Shown: positions 1 to 14,140 of the stretch, piece after piece
Numbering within the stretch: position 1 is the first letter of the stretch
Layout: each line of letters begins with the position of its first letter
NCBI RefSeq assembly: GCF_009914755.1
Contig: NC_060926.1
Source: the human T2T-CHM13v2.0 reference genome, Homo sapiens
Length of the DNA: 64,000 nucleotides
Direction: 5' to 3' (one strand)
Translations under genes and position numbers: made by a program
The notes under the pieces: model-generated
What the model was told of the DNA's origin: nothing
The model's input: the letters and a program-made list of their open reading frames with translations, nothing else
The model's database searches: none

Positions 1-713
1 TAACTAACTGCACATGGCCTCATACAGCAGTTCAAAAACAAAGCTGACATTTAGCAAAAGTTTTAAGAATTAGTAAATTAATTTGGCTAAACATAACTTG
101 ATGCTCCTGAAAGTCAGAGACTAAGACAAAAATACCTAGATAGAAAAAGTAATTTAAAAAACCCCAGAGAACAGAAAGAAGATGTAATAATACCAGAAGG
201 AAGAATTGGAGGAAGTGGTCCCAGGATAATGGCCTCTAATTATGGGCCTGCCTGGAAAAGCTCAGGCTTCAACTCAGACTCTTTATCCAGCAGGAAGATG
301 GGACAGACTTCATTTTTAGGATGGGTTGTTTTATGTACATAATCAGGCCAACTGTAGGGAGAGCAGCAGGGAGTTATAAACAGGATAGCCACCAAGTGGA
401 AGCTGCCACCTCTGATGCCAACCCAACTCATACATTCTAATTTCATCACCTCCCTCTATCACCACTCTTACGCATGCCATTTTACAGAGAGGGCTATTTC
501 TTTGGTTTGAGGACATTTTACTCTCTTAAATACCTGTATTCTGGAGATAGTGCCTTGTCTTTTCTTTCTTACTGAGACAAAATTTATATACAGTGAAATA
601 CGCAACCCATAATTATTCAGTGCAATGAGTTTTGACAAATATGTATACCAATGAGACTACCACCCCAGCCAAGGTACAGAATATTCCCATCACCCCAGAA
701 AAGTCCCTTGGGG

Positions 714-890
714 CCAATGATGTGCTAGAACCAATTTCTACCAAGGCAATTCTGCTAATCTCTTCCCAAATTTGCATTCATTGATGTCATATTGGTGCTT
801 AAAAACTGTCATGCTAGGAAATCAGCAAACACTACAACAAATCGGGGACATTTTTTTTTTCAGCGAGCCAGCTGACCAGCACACACCTGC
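714..890 (+). mobile_element. MER63A-like hAT-Blackjack MITE
   Basis: CCAATGATGTGCTAGAACC...TCTCTTCCCAA...GAAATCAGCAAAC...CCAGCACAC resembles the MER63 ends and core. Confidence 0.65.
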
Positions 891-2713
891 TCATACCTCT
901 TTTTAGCCAGTCCCCCACCCCCTACAGAGGGAAGTCATCATAGATTTAGTTTTACCTGTCCTTGAACTCCATGAAAATGGAATTGCATATTGTATTTTGC
1001 TTTTCATCAACATGATGTCTGTGAGATCAATTCATTTATCAGTAGTTTGTTCCTTTTTTATTGCTGAGTAGTATTCCATTGTATTAATATACAGTACCAT
1101 ATTTTATCTAATTTCCTACTAAAAGACATTTGTATTTTTCCCCAGTTTGGGCGTATTAATATTTTATAAAACTTCTATGTACCTATGTACCATTTTGTAC
1201 CAGTATTTTCATGATCATATGTTTTCTTTTCACTTGGATAAATACCTAAGAGTGATATTGATGGGTCATAGAGTAAGTTTATGTTTAACTTCATAAGAAA
1301 GCACCAGAACATTTTCCAAAAAGGTAGGACACAAGCAACATATGAACTTTCCAGTTTTTACAGCATTTGGTGTTGTCACTGGGTCTTTTGAATTTTAACC
1401 TTGCAAATATTTTTGATGTAGTACTCATTGTGGGATTTTGATTTGCACTTCCCTGAAGACTAATTATGTTAACCATCTTTTCAAGGGCTTTTTAGTTATT
1501 CCTATATCTTCTTTCCAGTTGTGTCTGATAGAATTTTGTGTGGAACATTTGATAGAATTCACCAGCACAATAATCCAGCTCTTAGTTGTCTTTTTTGGAA
1601 AGGATTTTGACAATGAATTAAATTTTTGTATAGACCTAGGGTCATTCGGATTTTTCTAATTCATTTTATGTTTTGGTAAGTTGTGTTTTTCAATGAATTC
1701 ATTCATTTTTGTCTAGATTTTTGAATATATTGACCTAATATTTTTCATAATATTCCCTTATTATCCTTTTAATGTCTATAGGATTTTTAGTGATCTCTTT
1801 TCTTGCATTCCTGATATTAGTAACTTGTTATTTCTCTCTCTTGATCAGTTTTGCTAAAGGTAAACCAGTTTAATTGATCTTTTCAAAGAAATTTCATTTC
1901 CTCTATTTAACTGAGGTTGACTTTTTCCAGCTTCTTAAAGATAAAAAGTTAAATCATTGATTTTAAACCTCTCTTCTAAGCACTGCTTTAGCATTTAATA
2001 AATTTTTGTATATTATATTTTTAATATTGATCCACCCAAAATATTTTAATTATCCTTATTATTTCTCTTTTATTCCTGGATTATTCAGAAATATGTTGCT
2101 TAATTTCCATGATACTTGGGAATTTATAGATATAATATGATTTCTAATTTAATTGTACTGTGCCCAGAGAATATATACTATAAAATTTAAATCCTTTAAA
2201 ATTAATTGATACTTACTGTCCAGTATTTGGTCTACCTTGGTTAATGTTTCATTTGCACTAGAAAATAATGTGTTCTATTGTTCTTTGGTGGCATGTTTAT
2301 ATGCTTCAATTAAGGTCATGTTGGTTGATAGTACGGTTTATTTCTCCTATATCCATGCTGATTTTATACATTGATCAATCAATTAATGACAGAGAACTGT
2401 TAAAAATCTTGAATTTGAATTTCTCTGTTTCTCCCTTTAATTCTGTCACTTTTGGTCCTTGTATTTTAAAGCTCCATTATTGGGTGCACATACATTTAGG
2501 ATCGTTTTACCTTTCTGGAGAACTGACTCTTTTATCATTTTCAAATTGATAACTTGCCTCTTTATCTTTGGCAACTCTCCCATGTTAAAGTGTATGTTCT
2601 GTCGTATTAATATAGCCATACTATTGCTATGTGCTTATTCTTTGCATGATAAATATTTCCTCCATCATTTTACTTTCAATCTATCTTTGTCTTTATATTT
2701 AAAGTGCATCTCT

Positions 2714-3080
2714 TTAGAGAATAGAGGGATGGTTACCAGAGGCTGGGAAGGGTAGTGAGCCGGGAGGGGAAAGTAGAGGCATGGTTAGGGTACAAGAAAA
2801 AATACTTGGAAAGAATGAATAAGACCTAGTATTTGATAGCGCAACAGGTAGACTATAGTCAGTAATAATTTAATTGTACAATTAAAAATAACTAAAAGAC
2901 TATAACTGGATTTTGTAACAGAAAGGAAAAATGCTTGAGAGGATGGACACCCAATTTTCCATACTGTGATTATTACGCATTACATGCCTGTACCAAAATA
3001 TCTCATGTAGCCCATAAATATATATGCCTACTATGTACACACAAAAATTAAAACTTAAAATTAAAAATTAAAAAAGTAAT
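2714..3080 (+). mobile_element. L1MA1/2-like 3' end, 5'-truncated
   Basis: GGTTACCAGAGGCTGGGAAGGGTAGTG...CCCATAAATATATATGCCTACTATGTAC and an A-rich tail. Imperfect TSD AAAGTGCATCT (2701) / AAAATGCATCT (3081). Confidence 0.85.
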
Positions 3081-3711
3081 AAAATGCATCTTTTGCTTTT
3101 CTAACCAGTCTGGCAATCTTTCCTTTTAATTGAAGTAAATTATAATCTAATTAAACATAACTCAATTATTTATACTTATAAATTTAATTTAACATTTAAT
3201 ATAATTATTGATATACTGGGATTTAATGTTACCATCCTGGTATTTATTTACTATTTCTCCTGACATCTTGTTGTTCCTCCATTCTTCCTTTCATTCCTTC
3301 TTTTGAGTTCATTAAATATTTTTAGTATTCCTTTTCTGTCCTCTGTTGGCTTTTTAGCTATCCTTATTTGTATTTTTTAAATGGTTCCCACAAAGATTAA
3401 AATATGACACTTTAACTGATCACAGTGACTAGAGTTGACATTGTACCACCACCCATAAAATATTTAAGTCTTACAATTGCAAAATTACATGTATTTTTTT
3501 CCTACTATTTTTGCCACCTTTGACATATATTTCACAAGCAGAACCTCTTTTCATATTTCTTGTATTACAGATGGATTCTTTTAACTTTCATTTAGCTCAT
3601 ACATTTCCTTTCCTCTCAAGAATCACAGCCCCGTACCGCATGTTGTCCAAATACCTAAAGACAGTTTCCTCATATATTTTGGCAGTTTTATGGTTGTTTT
3701 TAGTAAGAAGG

Positions 3712-4144
3712 TGTATTAATTTGCTAGGCCTGCCATAACAAGGTACCACAAACTGAGTTGCTTAAACAACAGAAGTTTATTGTCTCACAGTTCTGGAAGC
3801 TGGAAGTTCAAACGTAAGATGTCAGCAGGGTTGTTTGCTTTTAAGGGCTGTGAGGCAGACTCTGTTCCTTGCCTCTCTCTTGGCTTCTGGTAGCTCAGGC
3901 ATTCCTTGGCTTGTAGATGAAAATCTCTCCATGCCTTCACATCAGCTCCTCTCTCTGCATGTCTCTATGTACAAATTTCCCCTTTTTGTAAGAAAATAAA
4001 ACCGTATTAGTTTAGGACCTGCCCTGATCACCTTATCTTAACTTGACCATCTGTAAAGACTCCATTTCCAATAAGGTCACAGTCACAAGTCCTGGGGGTG
4101 AGGACTTCAGCATCTTTTTAAGGGACACAATTCAACTTATAACA
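3712..4144 (-). mobile_element. MLT1B/C MaLR solo LTR
   Basis: TGTATTAATTTGCTAGGCCTGCCATAACAAGGTACCACAAACTG...GGGACACAATTCAACTTATAACA. Flanks GAAGG/GAGGG. Confidence 0.85.
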
Positions 4145-4449
4145 GAGGGTAGTTCTAGTGGGATATAGTCCATTATAGCTAGAAGCAGATGACATTCAGG
4201 TTTCTTTTGTCAGTGTCACTTTTCTGTAAATCTGCTCATCACGTTCAGTGGGGGAGTTGGGTGGATTGAGGAAAGATGGAGGATGGAGAGGGGTGCTGGA
4301 AACATTAGGACTAATGAAAGCACTTTTTAGTAAAGAAAATTGAGATTCTCCAGAATAAAATGTTTCCACTTTCCTAATTTTCTCTTTGGCCTGTGCTGTG
4401 GTTCATACCTATTACAGTTGTCTTAAGAGGGAAATAGGAGCTTTTATGT

Positions 4450-4585
4450 TCACTCATTCATTATAAAAACAAAACAAAACATATATTGAGCACTTGCCTG
4501 TGCCAGATATGTGCCTAGTAGCTGAAGATACATCAGTGCAGGAGATGAATATGGCTCCTGCCTACATGGAGTCTTCCTTCTAGTA
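4450..4585 (-). mobile_element. L2 3' end fragment
   Basis: CATTCATT...ATTGAGCACTTGCCTGTGCCAG...GCTGAAGATACATCAGTG. Confidence 0.65.
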
Positions 4586-4840
4586 CAAATGTGGAGTCCA
4601 TCTCGTTGCTTAATTTTTCTTTGAATTGTGGCTTTAAAAAACTAATCAGTATAGAGATTTTAATGTATCTTTGGCCAAAAAAAATACAGTGCAGGAAAAA
4701 ATTGAAAAGAAGTAATTTTTTGATTCCTTCTTTTGTTCAGCACATATTCTTGAACACACATTGGACCTAGAGATTAAACTTTCCCCCTGGAGCTGTCTGA
4801 ACGTGTGGAATAATGTAGAGGAAAGTCTTCCATTATGGAG

Positions 4841-5720
<880 letters not shown>

Positions 5721-6964
5721 TCAAAGAAAGAAAAAACAAGAAGCCCTAAGAATTTTATTTTTTGACTCATTCCCCACCCTCCCAATAGAGGAGGAACTTT
5801 CTGCTATCAGAATATCTTCATCCTCTGCTTGTTAAATCCAGTGCTATATATTTTGGGAGGGGAAAACCAGACACGTACCTCTTTAAAAGATCTATGGCCT
5901 GTAATAAATGTCTAAATTTCTCTTCAGCATATTTTTGTGTTTGCAGATTCAGAGACAAGAGACTTTAATCACGGCTGCTAAATCCCCCTTTTAAAATTGA
6001 ATTTAAAGTAACATTTGAGGCTGTGTATATTGGCTGCAGATTCCTCCCCATATTCTTCCTGGGAGTTACCCACCAATGACATGAGAGTCCCTCTCTATAA
6101 TAAAGTAGCTTTAAAAAAATAGCTGCTTATTAAGGCAGAGATTCTAATATTAACCTACTATTCCACTGAATAAAGGAATTGGGTGTCTTTTATACAAACT
6201 TGAGGGTCTGGATGTATTTCTGCACTTTTCTTCAATGCTTTACAGAATCTTAAAATAGCATTCCCCCTCCTTTCCCTCCAATTCCATGCAACCACAGCAG
6301 AATGTGAGGTACTGGTTTGGGGCTTTGGAACCAGTGTATGTTATGTTCAATTTTATTTTCCATGCTTAAATGAAGTTAGTTCCTTCCTCTTTCATTTGGG
6401 ATGTAAGAGGGGAAATGAATATTATTTTTATAAATATGACTCGGTGTTCTGCCCAAGTCTGCCTGTGGCCATCAGGAAAGTGGGATGTTGGGGGTAAAAA
6501 AATATGGAAAAGGAGTGTCCAGGGAAAGTATTTCAGAGATCCCGGATTTGTCTATAGCCTGCTGGGAGTTACAAAAGAAAGGAAGAGGCTTTTTCTGTCT
6601 GTAACATTATACAGCCTTGGTCTACACCAAACACCAGGGGCAGGGGGAAATGGATGGGTGGAGTGGGTTGACAACTTGTAGGAAAAGTTCTGATTTTGTG
6701 GTAGTCTGAGAATGCCAATGAATGTTTATGTATTTAATTTTGAGAGTGGAATTTCACTAACTCTCCTGGGAATTGAAAATAGGGCTTTATTTAATCTTCT
6801 CCCTTTGCATTGGAAAAGAAAAGAGCTGAAGGAACTATAAAGAAGCGAAGGAAGAAGGAAATGTAGAGAATATTTCATTCACCCTTTCATGCTATGGAGA
6901 AGGAAAGTGAGACCCAGAGCCAGGAAGTGAGTCCTCCAGGGTCACACAGTGACTGACAGCAGAA

Positions 6965-7195
6965 GAGGCATTGTGGTGAGTGGTAAGAGTGGGAGCCTGA
7001 CTCCAGGTTCCAGCCTGTCACTGCCTGGTTGTGTGACTGTGGGTTAGTCTCATAACCTGGCCGAGCCCTACATTCCTCACCTCTACAATGGAGATAGCCA
7101 CAGTGCCTTTCTCATGAGCTTGCTATGAAGATTAGATGAGTTAATACTTTTAAAGAGCTGAGCACCTGGCAAATAATACATGCTCAATAGATTCA
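6965..7195 (+). mobile_element. MIR
   Basis: MIR core TGTGTGACTGTGGG...CCTCACCTCTACAATGGAGATAG...GAAGATTAGATGAGTTAATAC. A short opposite-strand MIR piece lies at about 6885-6955. Confidence 0.75.
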
Positions 7196-10100
7196 GCTTG
7201 AAGGAAGCCCCAACTCAGAAGGAAGCCGTGGAAAGCATGATGCTGACCTTGCCGTACTCTTCTTCCCCTCTATTCTCATCCTCCCACGTGCCCCATTCAT
7301 AGGTGGCTGAGACAGCAGAGACTCCCCTAAGGAGGAAGAATGAACTTGAGCTTTCAGCCTGGGAACCTCAGACCCGACAGAAATAGTAACAAATCACTTT
7401 GTCTAGTAAGCACCTGGGGAGCACCCTGACATATTCCCTATCTTGTATTTTGCTAGATTTGAGTTTCCCAGGGGACATTCTGTTCTCCGTTTATTTTTCT
7501 CTCATCTTAGTTCCTTTCTTTACAAGAAGAATCTAACTTGCCAGACACGGCTTAAGTGACGTGTGACTGGAGAAGGCCCATGCTCAGGGGGATAGATTTT
7601 AAGATGCAGCTGCCTGTTAATGGACTTGGTGAAAAGACTGGGTAAGATATCATTCATTTTTCGTAGAGGAGACAAAGATCAGATTGTGGGGAGGTGATGA
7701 GAGATTCCTCTATAAGCAGAGCTGGAGACTCCTGTGTATCAGGTATCTTGTGCCTGGCAGTCTCCACAAATCCACAAGTATTTGCTTCTCTCTCTATCGC
7801 AGCCTCTAAAAGGTTAGATAATAACAAAGGCAAGACTCATGTCGCAGAAGGGGATCATGGCAAGAAAGCACAGCTGTTACCTGACTCTCCTATTAAGCCA
7901 GACCTCAGGTTTAGCTTGAGGCATAAGCAAAGGGAGGTGGAGGAATTATTAGGGAGCAAGGCCTGGTGGAAATGAAATACTGTGAAGAGCTGATGTGGGG
8001 CAGCCAGTGCACCACGCGCCAGTTCATCGGCTCTCCACGCTTCCCTGTGAGCCGTCATCCTCGTGCTCATTTTGCAGATGGGCAAGAGGCCATGGCGTGT
8101 CCAGCATGCTCTGGCAACTTACCCTGTTGGTCTCTGAAGCTCCCCACCCTCTCTGCCTTCGGGGCAAATCCAGGCATTTGCACAAATTTGCACGGCTCAG
8201 GGTCTGTCTGCCTCCCCTCCGGGGCCTTGCTTCTCACAGCCCGCTTTTCTCTGCAAGCTTCAGTGGAACGGAAAAGGATCTATCCCCGGGTTGCTGGGCA
8301 GAAAAGAAGAAACAGGTTTAGGCAGATGAAGTGCTCAGGATAGTCCAGGAAGGGCCACAGGGCTTGAGAGGGAGACAGGCCTGGAACCAAAGGCAAACAA
8401 CCCCTTCATCATTGTGCCTGGGCTAGTACTGACTCAGCTGCTTCTGTGTGCGGTGGAGGAAATTGCGGCTTTGGGTAGCTGGGAAGTTCTTCAAGATCCC
8501 ATGTTGAAGGAAAAGCTCAGCCCCCAGCCTCAAACCACCAGGGAAGTCTGTTCTGCAGCAGTCCAGGAGCTGGTGTGAAGGGGTTGAGGCCCTACTATGC
8601 CTTGTATTCGGGGATTCTCAGCCGGAAAGGAACATTTCCTGTTATCTGTGGGTTTTAGTTCTTCCCCGCTCTGGAAGTGGAGGGGAAAAAAAATTACCAG
8701 TAATCTGTGGGTTTGGACGTATACATGGTCTTGTGGGGCCAGAGTAAGCAGAATAAAATTAAGTTGCAGTGATGCTAATGGTTCCACTTTGTTTGAGCAA
8801 AATGACCAGAAAGGAGACGAGAGAGGTGAGCCCAGAGGGTGGAAGCCAAGATGGCCGATTAGAGAACCAATTTGTTTTAACAAATAGTTATGGTGTCTCT
8901 CTGGGCAGGTTACTATGGCAAGATACATAGAAGTTTCTTTTCCTTTGTATTTTTTTCTTCTCCTTATTTTTCTTGTCCTTTCTTTCCCTTTACTGACTTT
9001 ACTAATAATAAAAGTAGAACATTACATACCTGAGACAACAAGTCAGATTATATGCAGGTATATAAAGAAAAAATGATACCCCCACCCCCACCATTCTATC
9101 CTTCTGAGGAAAGTGAAGTTAATGGAAGGACAGGCACCCTTCAATATCTTTCTGTTATCTAGAATGTTAAGACTTATCCCTATTTTTTTAGGAGCCGACT
9201 CATCTTAGAGGCAAGAACATGCATGTAAAGAATTATAGCATAAAGGTTTTATACTTATAAGGGCTTTATAAGTGACTGAGATGGCAGGACCTCTGTGGAG
9301 TGAGGCTGTGAAAAAGCTGGAAATCTGGGGAGAACTGAGAAAGACTGAATAAGATATACAAGTTTTGAGAAGAGGTGCAAGTCAGGTTACCAAGATGCTG
9401 TTATTTAAATGCCTTCTTTCTCACAGAAGCTCAGAACAGAAAGGTCCTTAGAGGCCAGTGGTCCAGACCTTTAGAGACGCATTCACCCTAATGGCTCTCC
9501 AGACTCCCTGTGGTTGCCTCCAGGGCCAGAGACTTTGCTCAGAACTTGCTCATGAACAGCCACTACTCTCCCTGCTCCCTATCAACAGGCACACCAGCCT
9601 CTTTCTAATACTCTTTATATTCTATGCTCATATGTTACAAAATTTTTATGCATTTGTTCTCTTCCTCTTCTGTATAGTTTAAGCAACCTGAGGGCAGGGG
9701 ATGTGTTTTGTTTATTTTTGTTGACTGAGTGACAGAATGAATTACTTAATTATTCGAGAAAAGAACAACCAACATATCCTAGGCCCTCTTATTTGAATAC
9801 ATGGAGTCAGCCATGGGAAAGGATTAAAACCTGAACTTCTTCCTGGACTTCACAATTTGCTCTGGACGTGCTGATTCCTACATTTTTCCTGAGATCCTTC
9901 CAGTTGAGGAAGAGATTCTCCATTCTCCCCTTTGGTTATATCTAAGGGTCTATGCAGTGTGAGCCAAAAATAAAATTCTAAGCGCCACAACTGACTGAAT
10001 GGACCCTCTGTTGGCTCAGGGGATACCAAACAAACCTGAAAAACTAGTTCAGGCCATGATAGAAAGAGGGGCTTGGACATGCCTAGTTATACTCTTCTCC

Positions 10101-10459
10101 CTCAGGCACAACTAACCAGCATTAACATTAAAATAGAGCTCATAAGACTGACAAAACAGACTCTTTGTAACAATAATATGACAAATTCCAACCTAACTGT
10201 GGTATAGCATCACATGACAGATAGCAGGACATGAAGTATTTGTATTACCCCAAAATATATTTATTTGGCATATTTGGAAGAGGCCCTGCAAAGCTATCTT
10301 TTGTGGAGGAAATTTGCATTCTGTAGAGAATCCCCTTCCTTCACTAGGTCGTTTCTGGAGAGTCTGACAACTTTTAAGTACTGATAAGAGACATTTACCA
10401 TCTATTCTCTCTGAAGCCTGCTACCTGGAGGCTTCATGTGTATAATAAGAACCTTGGTG

Positions 10460-10776
10460 GGCCAGGCGGGGTTGCTCAAGCCTGTAATCCCAGCACTTTG
10501 GGAGGCTGAGGTGGGTGGATCACGAGATCAGGACTTCAATATCAACCTGGACAAGATGGTGAAACCCCGTCTCTACTAAAAATACAAAAAAATTAGCTGG
10601 GTGTCGTGGCGGGCGCCTGCAATCCCAGCTATTCAGGAGGCTGAGGCAGAGAATTGCTTGAACCCAAGAGGCGGAGGTTGCAGCGAGCCGAGATCACGCC
10701 ACTGCACTCCAGACTGAGCAACAGAGCGAGACTCTGTCTAAAAAAAAAAAAAAAAAAAAAAAGAAAAGAAAAAAAA
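10460..10776 (+). mobile_element. AluS (Sg/Sc-like) inside MER4D
   Basis: Full Alu with long A tail. TSD AAGAACCTTGG / AAGAAACTTGG. Confidence 0.95.
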
Positions 10777-10817
10777 GAAACTTGGCTTGCACAATCTTTA
10801 TCTTAACTAATGCATTT

Positions 10818-11520
10818 CTTTTTTTTAAATTTTCATTTTCATTTTAAGTTCTGGGATACATGTGCAGGATGTGCAGGTTTGTCATATAGGTAAACATGTA
10901 CCAAGGTAGTTTGCTGCACCTATCAACCCGTCACCTAGGTGTTAAGCCCAGCATGCATTAGCTATTTTTCCTGATGCTCTCCCTCTCCCAACCCCACCCC
11001 CCGACAGGCCCCAGTGTGTGTTGTTCCCCTCCCTGTGTTCATGTGTTCTCATTGTTCAGCTTCCACTTATAAGTGAGAACATTCAGTGTTTGGTTTTCTT
11101 TTCCTGCATTAGTTTGTCAAGGATAATGGCTTCGTTCCTTTTTATGGCTGCATAGTTTTCCATGGTGTATAAATACCACATTTTCTTTATCCAGTCTATC
11201 ATTGATGGGCATTTGGATTGATTCCATGTCTTTGTTATTGTGAATAGTGCTGCAGTGAACATACATGTGCATGTATCTTTATAGTAGAATCATTTATATT
11301 CCTTTGGATATATACCTAATAATGGGATTGCTGGGTCAGATGGTATTTCTGGTTCTAGATCTTTAAGGAATTGCCACATTGTCTTCCACAATTGTTGAAC
11401 TAATTTGCATTCCCACCAACAGTGTAAAAGCGTTTTTATTTCTCTGGAACCTTGCCAGCACCTGTAGTTTCTTGCCATTTTAATAATCACCATTCTGACT
11501 GGCATGAGATGATATCTCAT
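10818..11520 (-). mobile_element. L1PA (PA8-10-like) 3' fragment inside MER4D
   Basis: L1PA 3' UTR plus ORF2 C-terminus (ORF 11290-11520, MRYHLMPVRM...PAIPLLGIYPKEYK). CATTTCTT on both flanks. Confidence 0.9.
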
Positions 11521-12849
11521 TTCTTTATTCTAACTTCAAACTCTTCAGGCAAAGCTTAACTCTTTCAACCAATTGCCAATTAGGAAATCTTTGAATCTCC
11601 CTGTGACCTGGGAGGCCTCCCCACAGCCCATCTTTGAGATATCTCACCTTTCTGAGCCAAACAAAGGTATAGTTTCCATGTATTGATTTCTGTTTTTACC
11701 TGTAACTTCTGTCTCCCTAAAATGATTAAAACCAAGCTGTAACCCAACCACCTTGGGCACGTGTTCTCAGGACCTCCTGAGACTGTGTCATGGGCCATGC
11801 TCCTTAATCTTGGCAAAATAAACCTCTAAATTGATTGAGACCTGTCTCAGATACTTTTTGGTTTACAGTAGAAACTGTGTATATCATTACATACATTCCA
11901 CTCAGGTGAAATACAACTGGTATAAAAAGTAAAGGTTTAGCTGAATTTCTATAGCAAGGCCCCTTTCTGCTGAAATGATAGAAGGAAAAACTCAACTTTA
12001 GTCCCTCTTGTGGGTTCTTATCCCTCACTCCTGTGTTGGTGTGATAGGGTGGGGGAGGCAGGGGAGGCATCTGATCCCTATTAATGCACAAAACAAAACA
12101 TAAGGCTTTATTGATGTCCACAGCAAAATTATCTTTAATGCTATAAAGCTAGATCACACTAGGGCTAAGTCCACAGTTTGGACAAAACGGTTGAAGTGTG
12201 AGGATGTCATACACAATCTGTTGTTTTTTTCAGATACATCAGGGATTTAAAAATACACATCATTTACATTTTCATCTTGAGAAATTTTCTTCATGGCACA
12301 CTCTAGAAAACTGAGAAATGAATGGAAAAGGAAAACTTAAAACTTAGGAAAAAATGGTATATTAGTACTGGTGGTTGGTATGAAGTCTGTTAAACACAGA
12401 ATTATCTCCAGGTAACAAATATGGTTACAAAACAAGCAAATGTTACCTTTTATGTAGAAAATAAACTTTATACAAATACTAATTTATTATAAAGGAATTG
12501 TCACTGAAAATCCCAGATTATATGAATCAAAATTGAAAGAGAAAAAGAGGGTAGCAAGTAAGATATTCTAAATTATATATTGCATCGGAAAAGTGGTTTT
12601 TGACTTTGATAATCACAGAAAAATAATTAAAGTAACATCTTTGGAAAACATAAAGTTTACCACCAACAAACCAAAAACAAATGTTTTGCCTTTCAAATCA
12701 TTAGTGCACAGAAAATCAAACACAACCTAATCCATATATCAAAAGAGAAATTAAAAATGCAGTATAAGAAATGACAAACAGAAAGCCTAAAAACTGGGAT
12801 ATATGTATAGAATTATACATTTATACTAATTGTTATATATAAAATTCTG

Positions 12850-13090
12850 GCCAACCTTAATTGCATAGCTACTATGGGTCAAGCTAATGTTAGATGCTTT
12901 GTGCCCATTACTTTTTTTACTGACTCTTTATGGCAACCATAGTAATACTATATTATTGTTTCAATTATACAAATGAATCAACAGTGAACAAAGCACTTTC
13001 CTGACGTCACATAGATGTAAAAGGAAGATTCAAGATCTAAACCCTGACCTCTCTGCCTCACAAACTTATTCTTGGTTACTGCACTGTCCC
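12850..13090 (-). mobile_element. MIR
   Basis: Antisense MIR pattern (CTACTATGGGTCAAG...TTATACAAATGAA...GTCACATAG). Confidence 0.55.
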
Positions 13091-13250
13091 ACCTGCACAC
13101 AACACAGTGAGAGGCAAGATACCAAATCTATCCATTGTGTACTCCCCAATTTAAAGTCAAAGACCTAAATTGTATCATAGTACAAAATATAACATGTTGC
13201 TTATAAAATAAATGCCTTAAAGATGGCATAAAAAATACATACACACCATC

Positions 13251-13302
13251 TGTGTGTGTGTGTATGTGACTGTGTATGTGTGTGTATGTGTGTGTGTGTG
13301 TA
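13251..13302. repeat. Interrupted (TG)n microsatellite
   Basis: Directly visible TG/TA repeats. Confidence 0.95.
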
Positions 13303-13477
13303 TTGGGTAAATATAAAAGAACAGAAGCAACAGTGTCAATATAAATTTCAAACAAGATGTAGGATTAAAAGACATTAACATGATTGGAAAAATTTCATAT
13401 TGATCAATGATATCATCCATGAGGAAATTACCTTTACAGACTGAAAATTTCATGACAAACTATAAAAATCAAAATCG

Positions 13478-13712
<235 letters not shown>

Positions 13713-13857
13713 TCAAAATCGCTAAAATGATTAGAAATACAATATAAGAAAAAAATGTAAGAAAAAGTGAACACAAAGGTATTGTGAGACACTCTAACAC
13801 AAATATCAGTTTTTGATAGATAATATAGATCATTTATATTGATTATGGTATATATAT

Positions 13858-14140
13858 ACCATTTATAAGTGAGAATATGCAGTATTTGGTTTTCCGTTCC
13901 TGTGTTAGTTTGCTAAGGATAATGGCCTCCAGCTTCATCCATGTTCCCACAAAAGACTTGTCCTTGAGGACGGAGGGTGGAAGGAGGGAAAGGAGCAGAA
14001 AAAATAATGGGTACCAGGTGTAGTACCTGGGTGACAAAATAATCTGTACAACAAGCCCCCATGACACGAGTTTACCTATATAACAAACTTGTTTATGTGC
14101 CCCGAACCTAAAAGTTAAAATAAAATGTAAAAGAAAAAAA
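13858..14140 (+). mobile_element. L1PA15/16-like 3' end with 5' inversion
   Basis: 13858-13962 is antisense L1 (ORF track [20 protein letters not shown]). 13963-14140 is sense 3' UTR with A tail. Confidence 0.85.

Larger units (their letters stand above)
565..3700 (-). mobile_element. Old L1M (L1ME/L1MD-like) 3' end and ORF2 remnants, interrupted by MER63A and L1MA
   Basis: Antisense L1M 3' UTR motifs (AATGAGTTTTGACAAATATG...CCCATCACCCCAGAAAAG; TTGCTGAGTAGTATTCCATT) followed by T-rich decayed ORF2. Boundaries approximate. Confidence 0.75.
9958..11867 (+). mobile_element. MER4D-like ERV1 solo LTR with nested Alu and L1PA
   Basis: TGTGAGCCAAAAATAAAATTCTAAG...AAACTAGTTCAGGCCATGAT...AATAAACCTCTAAATTGATTGAGACCTGTCTCAGATACTTTTTGGTTTACA. 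Flanks GCAG/GTAG. Confidence 0.85.

Noticed and set aside
5918-6013. Possible small exon after a polypyrimidine acceptor ending 5946
   Set aside because: Weak donor and no partner exons. It cannot be supported without transcript data.
7694-8928. Cluster of overlapping 76-132 aa ORFs
   Set aside because: Several frames on both strands are open because of higher GC. No protein similarity recognised.
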